From a virus (taxonomy: Duplodnaviria; Caudoviricetes): a DNA stretch of 64,000 nucleotides. A program made the translations under genes and the position numbers. Shown in pieces: positions 1-11,185 of the stretch. The notes below the pieces were generated by a model. It was not told the DNA's origin. It did no database searches and saw only the letters and a program-made list of their open reading frames with translations. The DNA lies in the IMG/VR virus record IMGVR_UViG_3300031992_000022, positions 32,001 through 96,000 of that record. The stretch is one strand, 5' to 3'. Every line of letters starts with the position of its first letter. The stretch's first letter is position 1.

Positions 1-799
1 TATTCCAATTATACCATCGTGTCTCATATCGTTTCATTTGTTTATAAACAGTTAATGCAAATGTAATTATATCATCAATATATAATGAGTAGAGACATTG
101 ATGAGGAATATGTAAAACGACTTTATTTTTATAAGCAAAAATTGTATTATATGTTCGTTCGTCATCAAATCCTAAACATAATGGAGCATTATTATTTAAT
201 GTAAAATATATTGCTCTTAACCATTTATATGGTATTTCACATATATGACTACCATATAGATAAAATTTATCAAAACGGATTTGAATTAAATGCGCTTTAA
301 TAAATCTTATTGTAAAAGGTATTAAATTTGAATTTCTTATTGTAAAAGGTATTGAATTTGAAATTCTTCTCATATTTATCATTTCCTTATTACAATAAAC
401 ATTAATTTTTGCTAATAGATTATCAATAATTGTAATATATTTCTTTATATTTTGATTATTTAATTCTACTTTAAATGATTTATAAAATTTTTCTTTATTT
501 TCTTCTATTGCTTTGCTTAACTGTAAAGCAAAAAAGAAGCCTTCTATACTAATTTTATAAAATATAGCATTTGATCTATAAATAATAACTTCATAATCTG
601 AAGTAACTATAACATTATCTTTAAATTTATCAGGCATATATAAACAAAATGGCAGATTATATTGTAATGCATAATTAATACTTTTTAACCATTCTATAAT
701 TAAATGAGGCGTACAATCACTGTTAAAAGTAATATTGTTAATTTGTAATTGACATCGCATATAATTTATATTTGATATTTTTATTACATTATTATCCAT
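1..799 (-). CDS. Hypothetical protein, runs off the window edge; two in-frame copies of the domain seen in 813..1271
   Basis: Hand translation from ATG 799 is open to the edge; IIEWLKSINYALQYNLPFCL and IPYKWLRAIYFTLNNNAPLCL resemble IPLEWLKTLKFAISENLPFCL of the neighbour. Confidence 0.6.
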   Translation of the reverse strand, partial: MDNNVIKISNINYMRCQLQINNITFNSDCTPHLIIEWLKSINYALQYNLPFCLYMPDKFKDNVIVTSDYEVIIYRSNAIFYKISIEGFFFALQLSKAIEENKEKFYKSFKVELNNQNIKKYITIIDNLLAKINVYCNKEMINMRRISNSIPFTIRNSNLIPFTIRFIKAHLIQIRFDKFYLYGSHICEIPYKWLRAIYFTLNNNAPLCLGFDDERTYNTIFAYKNKVVLHIPHQCLYSLYIDDIITFALTVYKQMKRYETRWYNWN

Positions 800-812
800 A
801 ATAAAAATCCTT

Positions 813-1271
813 TTATATTTTATTAATTAATAATAAAGCATTAATTTCATCAATTAATTTATCAATTTTATTTTTACGTATTATATATTCTTCTGGCGTA
901 ATATGCTCTTCAAACCAATTATACATTTCATTTTTAAATTTTAATAACTGTTCATATATATGCTTTGCTAATAGTTGATATCCAAAATCATCTATTATAT
1001 AAAAAAATTTATTAATATTATATATATATGTATCATGCTTTCCAGCAGATATTACAGTATATTGATCTTCACCATCTAAAGTTAAACAAAATGGTAAATT
1101 TTCACTAATAGCAAATTTTAATGTTTTTAACCATTCAAGCGGAATATCTTGATCAAGATAGCTACCAAATATTTTTAAATCATCAATCTTAATAGTTATC
1201 CATCCATTTTGAATAGACTTAATCCATATTGGCAGTTCTCGCATTGCTGACATAATTATTCTCCTTGCCAT
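813..1271 (-). CDS. Hypothetical protein (local paralog family)
   Basis: 152-aa ORF similar to the 1..799 ORF. Confidence 0.65.
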   Translation of the reverse strand: MARRIIMSAMRELPIWIKSIQNGWITIKIDDLKIFGSYLDQDIPLEWLKTLKFAISENLPFCLTLDGEDQYTVISAGKHDTYIYNINKFFYIIDDFGYQLLAKHIYEQLLKFKNEMYNWFEEHITPEEYIIRKNKIDKLIDEINALLLINKI

Positions 1272-1744
1272 AAAATTGTTTTATTTTGCCGCAACGATTC
1301 TAATGCACATATTAGCCGTTGGTTAGAAGATCCTCTAAAAGCTAAAGAAGTATCTCTTAATTTATCAATATATAATCCATCTATTAACACATCAATATAT
1401 TGCAAATGCTCTTTATATTCTTGTAATAAATATTCATAAATAAATCCGGTATATACCCAAATATTAATATTATGTTCTTTTAATTTTTTTAATAAATTTA
1501 AAAGTTCTTCTGACTGATAAAAAGGATCTCCTCCTGATAAAGTAATTCCATTTTGTAATTTTTGCTTTAAATAAAAATTAACTATATTATCTACAGGCAT
1601 TAATATATTATTATGAAAAGAATGCGTTTGCGGATTATGGCAATTATAACAATTATGATTACATCCTTGAAACCAAATAACTGTACGTACACCTTCTCCA
1701 TCTACAATAGAATCAATTTGAGGATAAGCTGCCAAATTAATCAT
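1256..1744 (-). CDS. nrdG: Anaerobic ribonucleotide reductase activase (radical SAM)
   Basis: DSIVDGEGVRTVIWFQGCNHNCYNCHNP (CxxxCxxC), GITLSGGDP, FRGSSNQR. Confidence 0.95.
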   Translation of the reverse strand: MINLAAYPQIDSIVDGEGVRTVIWFQGCNHNCYNCHNPQTHSFHNNILMPVDNIVNFYLKQKLQNGITLSGGDPFYQSEELLNLLKKLKEHNINIWVYTGFIYEYLLQEYKEHLQYIDVLIDGLYIDKLRDTSLAFRGSSNQRLICALESLRQNKTILWQGE

Positions 1745-2011
1745 TGAATATGCTCCTTAAACTGTTTTTATAATATTTTTAATTTACCTTTTTGATATTG
1801 CAAAACAAAATCAATTATTTTTTTAAATAAAGATTTTCGTATCTACCACTTATGCTTATTAAGAATATAACTAAATAAAACATAAAAATATAAATTTTTT
1901 AATCTTACATCATCAATATTTATTAAATTATTAATTTTTTTTCAGTAATATTAATAATGTAGAAGCTAAATTATATTTTTTTATAATTATTATTCATTTT
2001 TTTTAATATTT

Positions 2012-2509
2012 TTATAAAATAGTTAATAAATATAAAGATCCCAATTTATTTAATAAATTATCGCAATATGTTAAAAAATTATTATCAGATGAATATTCAA
2101 TACAATTACTTAATATTGATTTTTTAAGTTCAATAAATGAAGTATCAGGTTCATATAATATATTACATTCCCATTTTATATTATATAAACATATTTCAGC
2201 CAATATATTTTTATTAAATTCTAATTCTAACATACAATATTCAGTTATAGGAATTATTAATCGCTTTATATAAATATCATTAATATCAACAATATTTTCG
2301 TCAATACGAAATATTTGATTAGTTAAATAATATGAATAAAAAAATACATTCTCATCTTTTTTAATATTATTAAAACTTAAAGAATAACAAACTTTATAAT
2401 AATAAATATGAAAATATTTATCTCGCTCAGCATATTGATTCAATTCGTCATATGTATTAATCAAATGATAATTATTATTAATTAATTTTTCATATGAAAT
2501 ATATAACAT
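2012..2509 (-). CDS. Hypothetical protein
   Basis: 165-aa ORF, no motif recognised. Confidence 0.5.
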   Translation of the reverse strand: MLYISYEKLINNNYHLINTYDELNQYAERDKYFHIYYYKVCYSLSFNNIKKDENVFFYSYYLTNQIFRIDENIVDINDIYIKRLIIPITEYCMLELEFNKNILAEICLYNIKWECNILYEPDTSFIELKKSILSNCIEYSSDNNFLTYCDNLLNKLGSLYLLTIL

Positions 2510-2536
2510 ATTTTTTATACCTTTCTTAATTAAAAT

Positions 2537-2992
2537 TTATACTTTACTTAATAAAATTTGAGAATTAATATAATTAATTATATCATTTAGCCAGCATTTA
2601 TTTATATTAATATATTTATCAATTAATAAATTATAAATTTTTTCTATATTAAATTTATTATAGTCATTAATAAATATATTACAGCCAATTTTATTATATT
2701 CTTTGATATTAAATATATAACAATTATCTTTGATAAATTGTAAATAATATTTATCTAAATTATATATATATAAATATTTATATATTTTTACTGAATTATT
2801 ATTAAGTAAATATTTTCCTTGAACTCGGTGTAAAATATTATACTTATTACCTATCCATTGATTATTAATATAATCATAAATTTCATAATGCCAAACTCGA
2901 TTATCACTTCTAATCCAAGGATTTTTTAAAAATTCATTATATTCATTTATATTAATTAATTTTTTAATATCTTCAAAATCATATATAGTCAT
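2537..2992 (-). CDS. Hypothetical protein
   Basis: 151-aa ORF with GAGG RBS. Confidence 0.55.
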   Translation of the reverse strand: MTIYDFEDIKKLININEYNEFLKNPWIRSDNRVWHYEIYDYINNQWIGNKYNILHRVQGKYLLNNNSVKIYKYLYIYNLDKYYLQFIKDNCYIFNIKEYNKIGCNIFINDYNKFNIEKIYNLLIDKYININKCWLNDIINYINSQILLSKV

Positions 2993-3033
2993 TACTACAC
3001 CTCATAAAAAAGGAAAAAAGACTTAAACATTAT

Positions 3034-3696
3034 TTAAGTCTTATGCAATAATCGTTTAGCAATGCGTTGTAATTTTTTTAAATCTTTAAAATTGTCTTCA
3101 TCAGCAACTAAATCGCCAACATATATTTTAATAAATCCGGCTTGTTTTAAGGCATCTTTTACAAGAGTACTATTTATTCTATTAGAAACAGCATTTAAAT
3201 CAATAATTGCTACTTTTCCTGCGCAAATATGGCCAAAAGCTAATGCGCCTACAGATTTTATTGTACGTTTACTTGGTATATCATATGATTCTCCCCGAAA
3301 ACCTTTGATTTTTGCTAACAATTTAGGATCACTCGTAACAGCATAAGCTAAATGATTATGAGTTACCCACCATTCTTGCCCAGGTGGATTGTATAAAGTA
3401 TATACTTTACCATTATAATAAATCCATACACCATCTCTTTCATTTTCAGGTGTTTCACCCATATTTATTTTATCTTTTACTTCATCATGTAAAGACTGTA
3501 ATTCACTAGGTTTTACATCATTAAATTTAGCATCAGTATATAATTTATTATAATTTTCATCATTTTCATTAGCATATTCGGGCCTATACATTTTAAATCG
3601 ATTAACACCGGTATCTGTAACTTGAACATTTTCTTTTGCATAATTAGTATATTTCTTTAAAAGTTCATCATTATTTGCATATAATAAACGTGACAA
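3034..3696 (-). CDS. Paralog-family protein (putative internal head protein)
   Basis: N-term MSRLLYA; C-terminal AFGHI..VAIID..KIY..RIAK domain shared with 45232..45681 and others. Confidence 0.65.
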   Translation of the reverse strand: MSRLLYANNDELLKKYTNYAKENVQVTDTGVNRFKMYRPEYANENDENYNKLYTDAKFNDVKPSELQSLHDEVKDKINMGETPENERDGVWIYYNGKVYTLYNPPGQEWWVTHNHLAYAVTSDPKLLAKIKGFRGESYDIPSKRTIKSVGALAFGHICAGKVAIIDLNAVSNRINSTLVKDALKQAGFIKIYVGDLVADEDNFKDLKKLQRIAKRLLHKT

Positions 3697-3801
3697 ATAT
3701 TTTTCACCTTCTTTATAAAAAAATAATATAATAATAAATAAAAAATAAAGGCTTAGGTTTTTATTTTAAGCCTTTATTTTAAAGGTTTTTATATATAAAT
3801 A

Positions 3802-4579
3802 TTAAGCATGTGTTACACGATCTTTTAATTCACAACGCTTAGCATTATTCCATCTGTCTACCGTACCTGTTAAATACAAATTTATTAATTTAATATTAGA
3901 TATTAACTATTTATTTCTAAATAGTTTAGTATATATCTTTTATTTAGATAACATATAATTTTTTATTTTGACTGAATATCAATACAAATTTTTCCATTAG
4001 CAATATATTGATTATCTATCCACCAATGTTCGTCAAATATTGCTAATTTTTCTAATGCTTGTTCTAATGAATAATCTGTTATAATCAGTAACATTAATTG
4101 ATCATCTATATATTCTAAACGTAAATATGCATAATCAAAATAATCATTAATTTTATTAATTATAATATTTAATATTTCATTTAAACAATTATCATTTAAA
4201 TATTGCTGAATGCTTTTATTAATAATCATGAATTATTATCCTTTAATTATATTAATATACGTTGATATATTTATTAATAAATATATTCTAATTAACTATT
4301 ATAGTTTTCTTAGAAAAAAATATAATACCAAGCTAATTATTAACCTGTAATACGACGAATTCTACCAATTTTAGGTTGATCTTCATCATTATATTCTACA
4401 TCAAAAGTCGTACCTTGTTCAGTTTTCGTTACAATAATTTTACTAATTACAGCTACATCAATATCTTTATGTTCTTCAGCATAATTAATTGCAGCTTTAG
4501 CCATAACATCTGTAATTGTATCTTCTTCATTAAAATCTTTAAATACTACAGTAATATGGTCAATGGTAAATTTTTTCAT
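3802..4579 (-). CDS. nrdD: Stand-alone NrdD C-terminal glycyl-radical subunit, 2 exons (4579-4343, 3876-3802), about 103 aa
   Basis: Joined exons read KIGRIRRITG|YLTGTVDRWNNAKRCELKDRVTHA, the NrdD glycyl-radical motif; GGAGG RBS before ATG 4579. Confidence 0.9.
3877..4342 (-). mobile_element. Group I intron (466 nt) directly after the glycyl-radical Gly codon, with cargo ORF
   Basis: Exon CAGGU pairs with IGS GCUUG; P7 GUAUA/UAUAC; terminal G at 3877. Confidence 0.88.
3963..4229 (-). CDS. Intron-encoded 88-aa hypothetical protein, not a recognisable endonuclease
   Basis: ORF with AAGGA RBS lying between the two P7 strands. Confidence 0.7.
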   Translation of the reverse strand: MIINKSIQQYLNDNCLNEILNIIINKINDYFDYAYLRLEYIDDQLMLLIITDYSLEQALEKLAIFDEHWWIDNQYIANGKICIDIQSK

Positions 4580-4691
4580 ATAAAATATAACCTCCACAAA
4601 AAATTTTTATTTTAATATAAAATAAAAATTAAAATAAACAAAAAATAATAATTAGATAATTAATCTAATCAATATTATAATGTATATTTAA

Positions 4692-5606
4692 TTAATATTG
4701 TAATGTATATCTATCGTTTAATTGTAAATAATTATTTATATTATTTTCTTGAAAATATTCATTAGTCGCTAATATTGCATCTTGTATTGCGTAATAAATA
4801 TTTTTTGCTACATCTTCATCTGCAATATTAGTATTAGTTAATATTAAATTTATTTTTAATACAAATGAATTATAATTAGTAATATAATCAATATTGCAAT
4901 CTTGAAAACCACGTATAAATGCTAATTCTGTAAGTAAATTAGCATTAAAAATACTTGTTTTTAAGGGTGTTAAATATGAAAAATTTAATACATTAATATT
5001 AGTAACCAACCATGAATGTTCAATATCCATTTTTAAATTTTTATTAGGTGTATATAAAACTTGATCTGTTTCATCATCAATAACAATTGCATTAGGAAAT
5101 TTATTAACAATACATTGCATTACATTATTAAATGTCATATTAGTAATAGATGGCATTATTAATGCGACTTTTTCTTTTCCCTGAATATTTTTTATATAAT
5201 GTCCTAATGCTATTGGTATTTTCGTAAATGTTAAATTTCTTGTGCCATATTCCCATATAGCTTCTTTCAATTGTGTATTAAAATATTCATGTTTTTCCAT
5301 TAATCTAACTTGTTGTAAAGCCATTCGCTCAATTCGCTCATTAGATAATTTATCTTTATAATAAGTAAAATAATATTCAAAAACGAATTGTTTTAATAAA
5401 TTATGTTTTTTTAAATATTTAAATAATGCTGCAGGATGATTATCTGCTAAAATAATTTCATTATTAATTAATAATATAGCTTGATTTCGATTATTTACAC
5501 CATGTAAAGCAATATGCTTTAATAAAGCTATTTTCTGTACTGCTGCTATTCTCTGAGTATTTATACTTTTTTGTATTAATGCAATACGTTTTAAAATTCT
5601 ATTCAT
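4692..5606 (-). CDS. Paralog-family protein (putative internal head protein)
   Basis: N-term MNRILKRIA; contains ALGHY..KVALI variant of the shared domain. Confidence 0.6.
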   Translation of the reverse strand: MNRILKRIALIQKSINTQRIAAVQKIALLKHIALHGVNNRNQAILLINNEIILADNHPAALFKYLKKHNLLKQFVFEYYFTYYKDKLSNERIERMALQQVRLMEKHEYFNTQLKEAIWEYGTRNLTFTKIPIALGHYIKNIQGKEKVALIMPSITNMTFNNVMQCIVNKFPNAIVIDDETDQVLYTPNKNLKMDIEHSWLVTNINVLNFSYLTPLKTSIFNANLLTELAFIRGFQDCNIDYITNYNSFVLKINLILTNTNIADEDVAKNIYYAIQDAILATNEYFQENNINNYLQLNDRYTLQY

Positions 5607-5705
5607 GCCAACACTTCCATTTTTATTATATAAAAAAAATAATATAGTAATAAATAAAAAAATAAAGGCTAGATTTTTATTGTAAGCCTTTATAAAAAAT
5701 ATATA

Positions 5706-8700
5706 TTATTTTATATCTAAGTTAAAATCTACTTCATAATGTTGATTATCTACATGTTCATGATATCCACAAATTGGACAAGCTTTATTAATAAAAGATG
5801 CTTGTTTACACGCTGGACAATAATCAGCAGACTTAGTATTAATAGCAAAATAATTCATTTGACTATCATGCATAGCTCTGATTATTTGTTCAAAAGCTTT
5901 TAAATTTTTTGTAGCGTCGCCATCAAATTCTATATATGAAATTATACCAGCATTACATAATGCATGATATGGAGCTTCTATTTTTATTTTATCAGCAAAA
6001 GAAATTTGATAATTAACAGGAACATGAGAAGAATTAGTAAAATATTCTTTATCAGTTACGCCTATAATATTACCATATTTCTTTCGCGTTAATTTACATA
6101 ATCGTCCAGCACAACTTTCTGCCATATATACCGCTATTTTCATAGTATTTATCTAAAAAATTCTTATTTAATAAATTTATGGCGGATTAGACTATCTCTT
6201 TACCTATAAAAGTAATTAATATTTCATATATAATATTTCAATTATATATTACTTAATTAGTCGTTACACTTTAATATATATATTAAAGCACGGTATTACC
6301 AGCTATCTTTATATCAAAGACCTTAGGTTCTCTTAGAAAGCTTATTCATCTATATAACATATATAAATTTATTCACTTTTACCGTTAGCATATATTATTT
6401 ATAATTAATATATACACCTTAGATTTCTAAGTTAATTAATTTAAGTCCCACATTTTAGGACTCGAAAAAGTAGACCAATTTAATTTTTCCTCATTAATAT
6501 ATTTATCAGTCATTGCACGTAAATGACTAATAATTAAATATCCTAATTGTTGCGCTTTTTGAGACTGTCCGTGATGTTCGCCTATTAATGCAGTTAAACA
6601 TTCAGCCAATCCAACAAAGCCAATAGATAATGATGCATGTTTTAATACTGATTCAATTGTATCACTTGGTTTTAATTTATCACTATCCATATAAACATGT
6701 TGTTCCATTAAAAACGGAAAATTATATACATGTTTTTGACAAATAACATAAAATCTATCTAATAAATAATCATGTGCTAATTGAATATATTTATCAAATA
6801 ATTCAAAAAATTTACTAACATCTTTATTAGCTTCTATAGCTAGCATAGGTAAATTAATTGTAGTAAAAGCAAAATTTCCTCGAGATCCACTTTCTTCTGG
6901 ACCATTAACATTACCCATAACTCTTGTTCTACACAATTATATATTTAATTGGACTATATATTATATATTGTGAATAAATATATAATTTTATTCAATTTGT
7001 ATAAAATTTACATAAATTAGCCTCTAAATTAATTTTTGTAAAAATTCATAAAATTGAATTTCCATATTATTACCATATCCATATATATGATGAAATTTTT
7101 TATAACATATTTTACATAATACGTTTTTTTCAATTTTATAATTTCATTACAAAAATTAATAATTAATCATTTATAATTAATTATATAAAATTATTAATTA
7201 TAAATTTTCTAATTAATTATAATTTTTTATATGGGCTATAGATTCTATAGTTAACCCATTGTAGCACATAAAGATTGAATATTCCCGGGATGATAATATT
7301 GTGCATTATATGGAGCATCTTCATTCATATAAGTTGGAAATAATCTTTTTGCCGAGCATTTTAAAGCTAATTGAAATAAATCATAATTTTTATCTTGCTG
7401 ATTATAATTAAATCCAGATTTTAATTGGAACACAACTATCTTTTATACCGTCATTTTCATGATATTTATTTAAGAAAAAATTTTCTTAACGGAATAGACT
7501 ATCTCTTTATCCTTATTATTAATTTTAAAGATATTTAGTATTTCATATATAATATCTCAATTATATATTACTTAATTAGTCGTTACATTATATATTTATT
7601 ATATTAATTAAATATTTATAAATTTCCATCCTTTATATAATAAATTAAACACGGTATTACCAGCTATCTTTATATCAAAGACCTTAGGCTCTCTTAGAAA
7701 GCTTATTCATCTATATAACATATATAGATTTATTCACTTTTACCGTTAGCATATATATTGAAAATATATACACACCTTAGATTTCTAAGTTAACTAAATT
7801 TATAATTTTCCCCAATTAAGGAAAGATACTCGTTTCATGTCTACCTAAACCATCATATATAGCATTTAATAAGCATCTTGTGACTAATCTACCTTCTTCA
7901 GATGTATCACATCCAAGATTTATGGAAGAAAATGGTCAATTATATTATTTATAAATTTGTAATTTTATATTTAAATATTACTATTCAAATTGGTATATCT
8001 CTTTATCATTATATAAAATTTATATACTCTATAATTTAATCAATATTTAATTAATTAAATTTTGATATTCATATATGCTAAATATTGCTAATAATAATTT
8101 TAGACATACATTATTCACCAAATTAATTTTAATATCAAGCATAATTATTTACTTGACTACCAGCTCTGCTATTTCTATCGAGTTTATAATTTCTTATAAT
8201 ATTTTACTCGATATAGACTATATTATATTTTTCAATTTTAGTATTTCATATATAATATCTCAATTATATATTACTAAATTAGTCGTTACACATTTATTAT
8301 TTTTTAATATTTATTTATTATTTATCTCCTATAATTAATCTTTTTTCCATTTCCATAAAAAACCATATACCGGTCTATTATTATTTGCAGCTTTTGTTAA
8401 TGTCGCACTAGAATATCCATATTTTTTTACTACCGCATTTTTAGATAAAAATGATTCTAAATATTCATTAGATAATGAATATTTATATATAGGTTGACCT
8501 TGCGTTAATATATTATGTAATGCTGTTTTTTGCCAACCCTTACGCTTATTATCAGTAACCTTCATTAATCCTAATTTATAAGCATGTTTATAATTTTCTG
8601 AACATGTTACCATTTCTAAATTAGTTACAGCATTATTTAATTTATTACCATCAATATGATTAACCTGTAATTTCTCTGAATAATTATCTAAAAAGCTTTC

Positions 8701-11178
8701 TGCAACTAATCGATGTACTAATTTACTATAACGTATATCATTTACTATAAGATCCACTTTTAAATAACCTTTATTATTTTTACCGGGTTGTAATATTTTT
8801 TCACGTATTGAATAATTATTTTTACCATAACGTTGATTAGAACGTATATTACCATAATTAGATACTGAATAACAATTATTTGTATTAGGTATAAATTTCC
8901 AAATTTCCATTTTTACTTTTTATTTCAAATTATAATAAATAATATTAAAAAATAAACTTAGCACGGTATTACCAGCTAACCTGTTATACAGGTCCTTAGG
9001 CTCTCTTAGAAAGCTTATTCATCTATATAACATATATAGATTTATTCACTTTTACCGTTAGCATATATTATTTTATAATTAATATACACACCTTAGATTT
9101 CTAAGTTAGCTAAATTTTCATAATAAACTATTTTATTAATTTATTATGCTTCCAAATTCGAAAGAATTCATATTATGCACGAAACCTTCCATTGCTTGAT
9201 AAGTTTCATCTTCTACATCTTCCATAGATTGTTGGTATGCAAATATTAATGCTTTTTTTACTGCTTTAGGTGACATTAAATCATCATCATTATGAGTTAT
9301 AAATTCATCAATAAACTCATCTAAGCTTTCTTGATTATTATATTTTGGCAATTTATCTTTTACATCATATCCAATATATTCAATTAATTCATTAAATATA
9401 TCAGAATCTTTTAACATTATTTTTTGTGCAATTTTTAAATTCTTTTTAAATGCTTTTAAAAATGATTTTTGTACACCTGGAGCCATATAAAAATCAAATA
9501 AATTAATTGATTGCTTTTTTATAGACTATATATTATTAATATGTATTTATGACAATAGTACCATCTATTACTGTATCTGGTAAATTTGCATCTTCTAATA
9601 CATTGTCAAATTCCATATTATTTTCAATTTCTGGAAGATCCGTTTTATCTAAATTAATTTTATATTCCATACTAGGACAAATATAACGGCCAATAATACG
9701 TATAAATTCTTTTGCTGTATTTAATCCGCAACATACTATATATTTACCATAATATTTTTTTTGATAAAAATCTAATTTCCATTCGTCTTTTAAATATTCA
9801 ATTAATACTTGATTATATTCTGGAGTAGTTTTTGTTTTTAATATTAAATTAACTGTTGTAATTTTTCCATTATCTTTTTTGTAAATTAATGATCCAATTT
9901 CCATATATAATATAGCTAAATGTAAAGAAGTAAAACGATTAAACCAACGTCTACGTAATTTACCACCATATGTCATTTTTCTATATACAGATAAAAAAGT
10001 ATGTTTATAAGTTCTTATAGCATATCTAGGAAATTGAGTAAAATCATTATTTCGCATTAATTCTAATTCATGTTCATCAACAGCAAAATCTTCAAATGTT
10101 GAATGTTTTAATTGCTGATTTTTATCTTGAAAATCTACTACTTCAGAAGTATTAATATTATATTTCTTTAATAAAATACGAATATGATTTAAATATTCTT
10201 TATCATTATGTTTAAGAACTAAATAATTATCAATAACTCTAGCATGCCCAAGTAATAAAGCAATAGTTAATGTTCTAGCTTCTTTTATAATTTTTGCCAT
10301 TATATTTTCATCCTTTTCTATACACATTAAGTGATAATCTTTTATTCTTAATTAGTCGTTAAGCTATAATCTATTATTTAATAAATTATAGTATGATATT
10401 AATCTAAGTATATTTTTTATTAAAAAATATTTTTCATCATATTATTGAAATTAAGTAGCCAATATTAATAACCACCGAATTGTTCATTTTGATTTGACTG
10501 AATTACAATAGCTGCTAATGCAGCATAAGATCTAATTGAATTTGGAGTACGAATATATCCATGACCTGTAGAAAATCCGTTTTTAAATAATTTTTCTAGA
10601 TTTATTTGGAGACAATTGCTTGTGATTAACGAGAAATCAAGATCATGTAAATGAAGATAACCTTCTTTATGCGCTTGAGCATATTCAGGTTTAAGAAAAT
10701 GATTAAGAATAAAATGCTTATTACCTTCTGAACCAACTTTAAGCATAATGCCCATTGCACTATTTCCATTTATATTAGCATTATCTCTTTTCAATTCAAG
10801 GTCTTCTGCGCTTTTAAAATATATATCATTATAAAGTTTCATTAAATCATTATTTGCATCTCTAATTTGTGTACGCTTTGCTCTATAACGAATATATTCT
10901 TTTGCTACTTCATTTTCTTTATTTTTTAATAAATCATCTTCAACTATATCTTGAATTTTTTCTACTGTAATTGTATTATTTTTTACTGCTTTTTTAATAT
11001 GTCTAAGAATTTTCCCAGTTAAATTCATTATTTCTTCATCATCATCAATATTATTGCCTTTTACAGAAGCAAAAGCTTGTTTCAAAGCATTAAATATTTT
11101 TTCTGATGAAAATAATATTTGTCTACCATCACGTTTTTGTACATAAATTTCTTTTTTCTTAGCCAAAATATATTTCAC
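5706..11178 (-). CDS. nrdD: Class III anaerobic ribonucleotide reductase large subunit with ATP cone, 7 exons (11178-10471, 9513-9161, 8174-8151, 7936-7819, 7439-7254, 6933-6457, 6122-5706), 760 aa
   Basis: Junctions restore NrdD motifs: QFGG|QSIN, HNMNSL|NSRAGSQV|PFSSIN, SIFP|IVVF, ATMG|CRTR, FSSP|AES; exons sum to 2283 nt; C-terminal CxxC..CxxC. Confidence 0.93.
6123..6456 (-). other. Group I intron nrdD-I6 (334 nt)
   Basis: Exon AGUCCU / IGS GGGACU; P7 GACUA/UAGUC; terminal G. Confidence 0.9.
6934..7253 (-). other. Group I intron nrdD-I5 (320 nt), directly before the catalytic Cys codon (MG|CR)
   Basis: Exon AUGGGU / IGS GCCCAU; P7 GGCUA/UAGUC; terminal G. Confidence 0.88.
7440..7818 (-). 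other. Group I intron nrdD-I4 (379 nt)
   Basis: Exon UUUCCU / IGS GGGAAA; P7 GACUA/UAGUC; terminal G. Confidence 0.9.
7937..8150 (-). other. Group I intron nrdD-I3 (214 nt)
   Basis: Exon UCAAGU / IGS GCUUGA; P7 GUAUA/UAUAC; terminal G. Confidence 0.85.
8175..9160 (-). mobile_element. Group I intron nrdD-I2 (986 nt) with HNH homing endonuclease
   Basis: Exon CUUU / IGS GAAG; P7 GACUA/UAGUC at about 8280/8217; terminal G. Confidence 0.88.
8335..8910 (-). CDS. Intron-encoded NUMOD4-HNH homing endonuclease
   Basis: [18 protein letters not shown] (NUMOD4); [23 protein letters not shown] (HNH). Confidence 0.9.
   Translation of the reverse strand: MEIWKFIPNTNNCYSVSNYGNIRSNQRYGKNNYSIREKILQPGKNNKGYLKVDLIVNDIRYSKLVHRLVAESFLDNYSEKLQVNHIDGNKLNNAVTNLEMVTCSENYKHAYKLGLMKVTDNKRKGWQKTALHNILTQGQPIYKYSLSNEYLESFLSKNAVVKKYGYSSATLTKAANNNRPVYGFLWKWKKD
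9514..10470 (-). mobile_element. Group I intron nrdD-I1 (957 nt) with LAGLIDADG-like ORF
   Basis: Exon GGUGGU / IGS GCUACU; P7 GACUA (about 10355) / UAGUC (about 9526); terminal G at 9514. Confidence 0.88.
9536..10327 (-). CDS. Degenerate double-motif LAGLIDADG protein (possible maturase)
   Basis: IALLLGHA and [10 protein letters not shown] align to the LLGDG and LAIWYMDDGS motifs, with acidic catalytic residues changed. Confidence 0.7.
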   Translation of the reverse strand: MCIEKDENIMAKIIKEARTLTIALLLGHARVIDNYLVLKHNDKEYLNHIRILLKKYNINTSEVVDFQDKNQQLKHSTFEDFAVDEHELELMRNNDFTQFPRYAIRTYKHTFLSVYRKMTYGGKLRRRWFNRFTSLHLAILYMEIGSLIYKKDNGKITTVNLILKTKTTPEYNQVLIEYLKDEWKLDFYQKKYYGKYIVCCGLNTAKEFIRIIGRYICPSMEYKINLDKTDLPEIENNMEFDNVLEDANLPDTVIDGTIVINTY

Positions 11179-11185
11179 CTGACTT

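Noticed and set aside
6123-9160. Repeated blocks of about 145 nt as a CRISPR array or MITE
   Set aside because: They are too long, irregularly spaced and form part of group I intron cores
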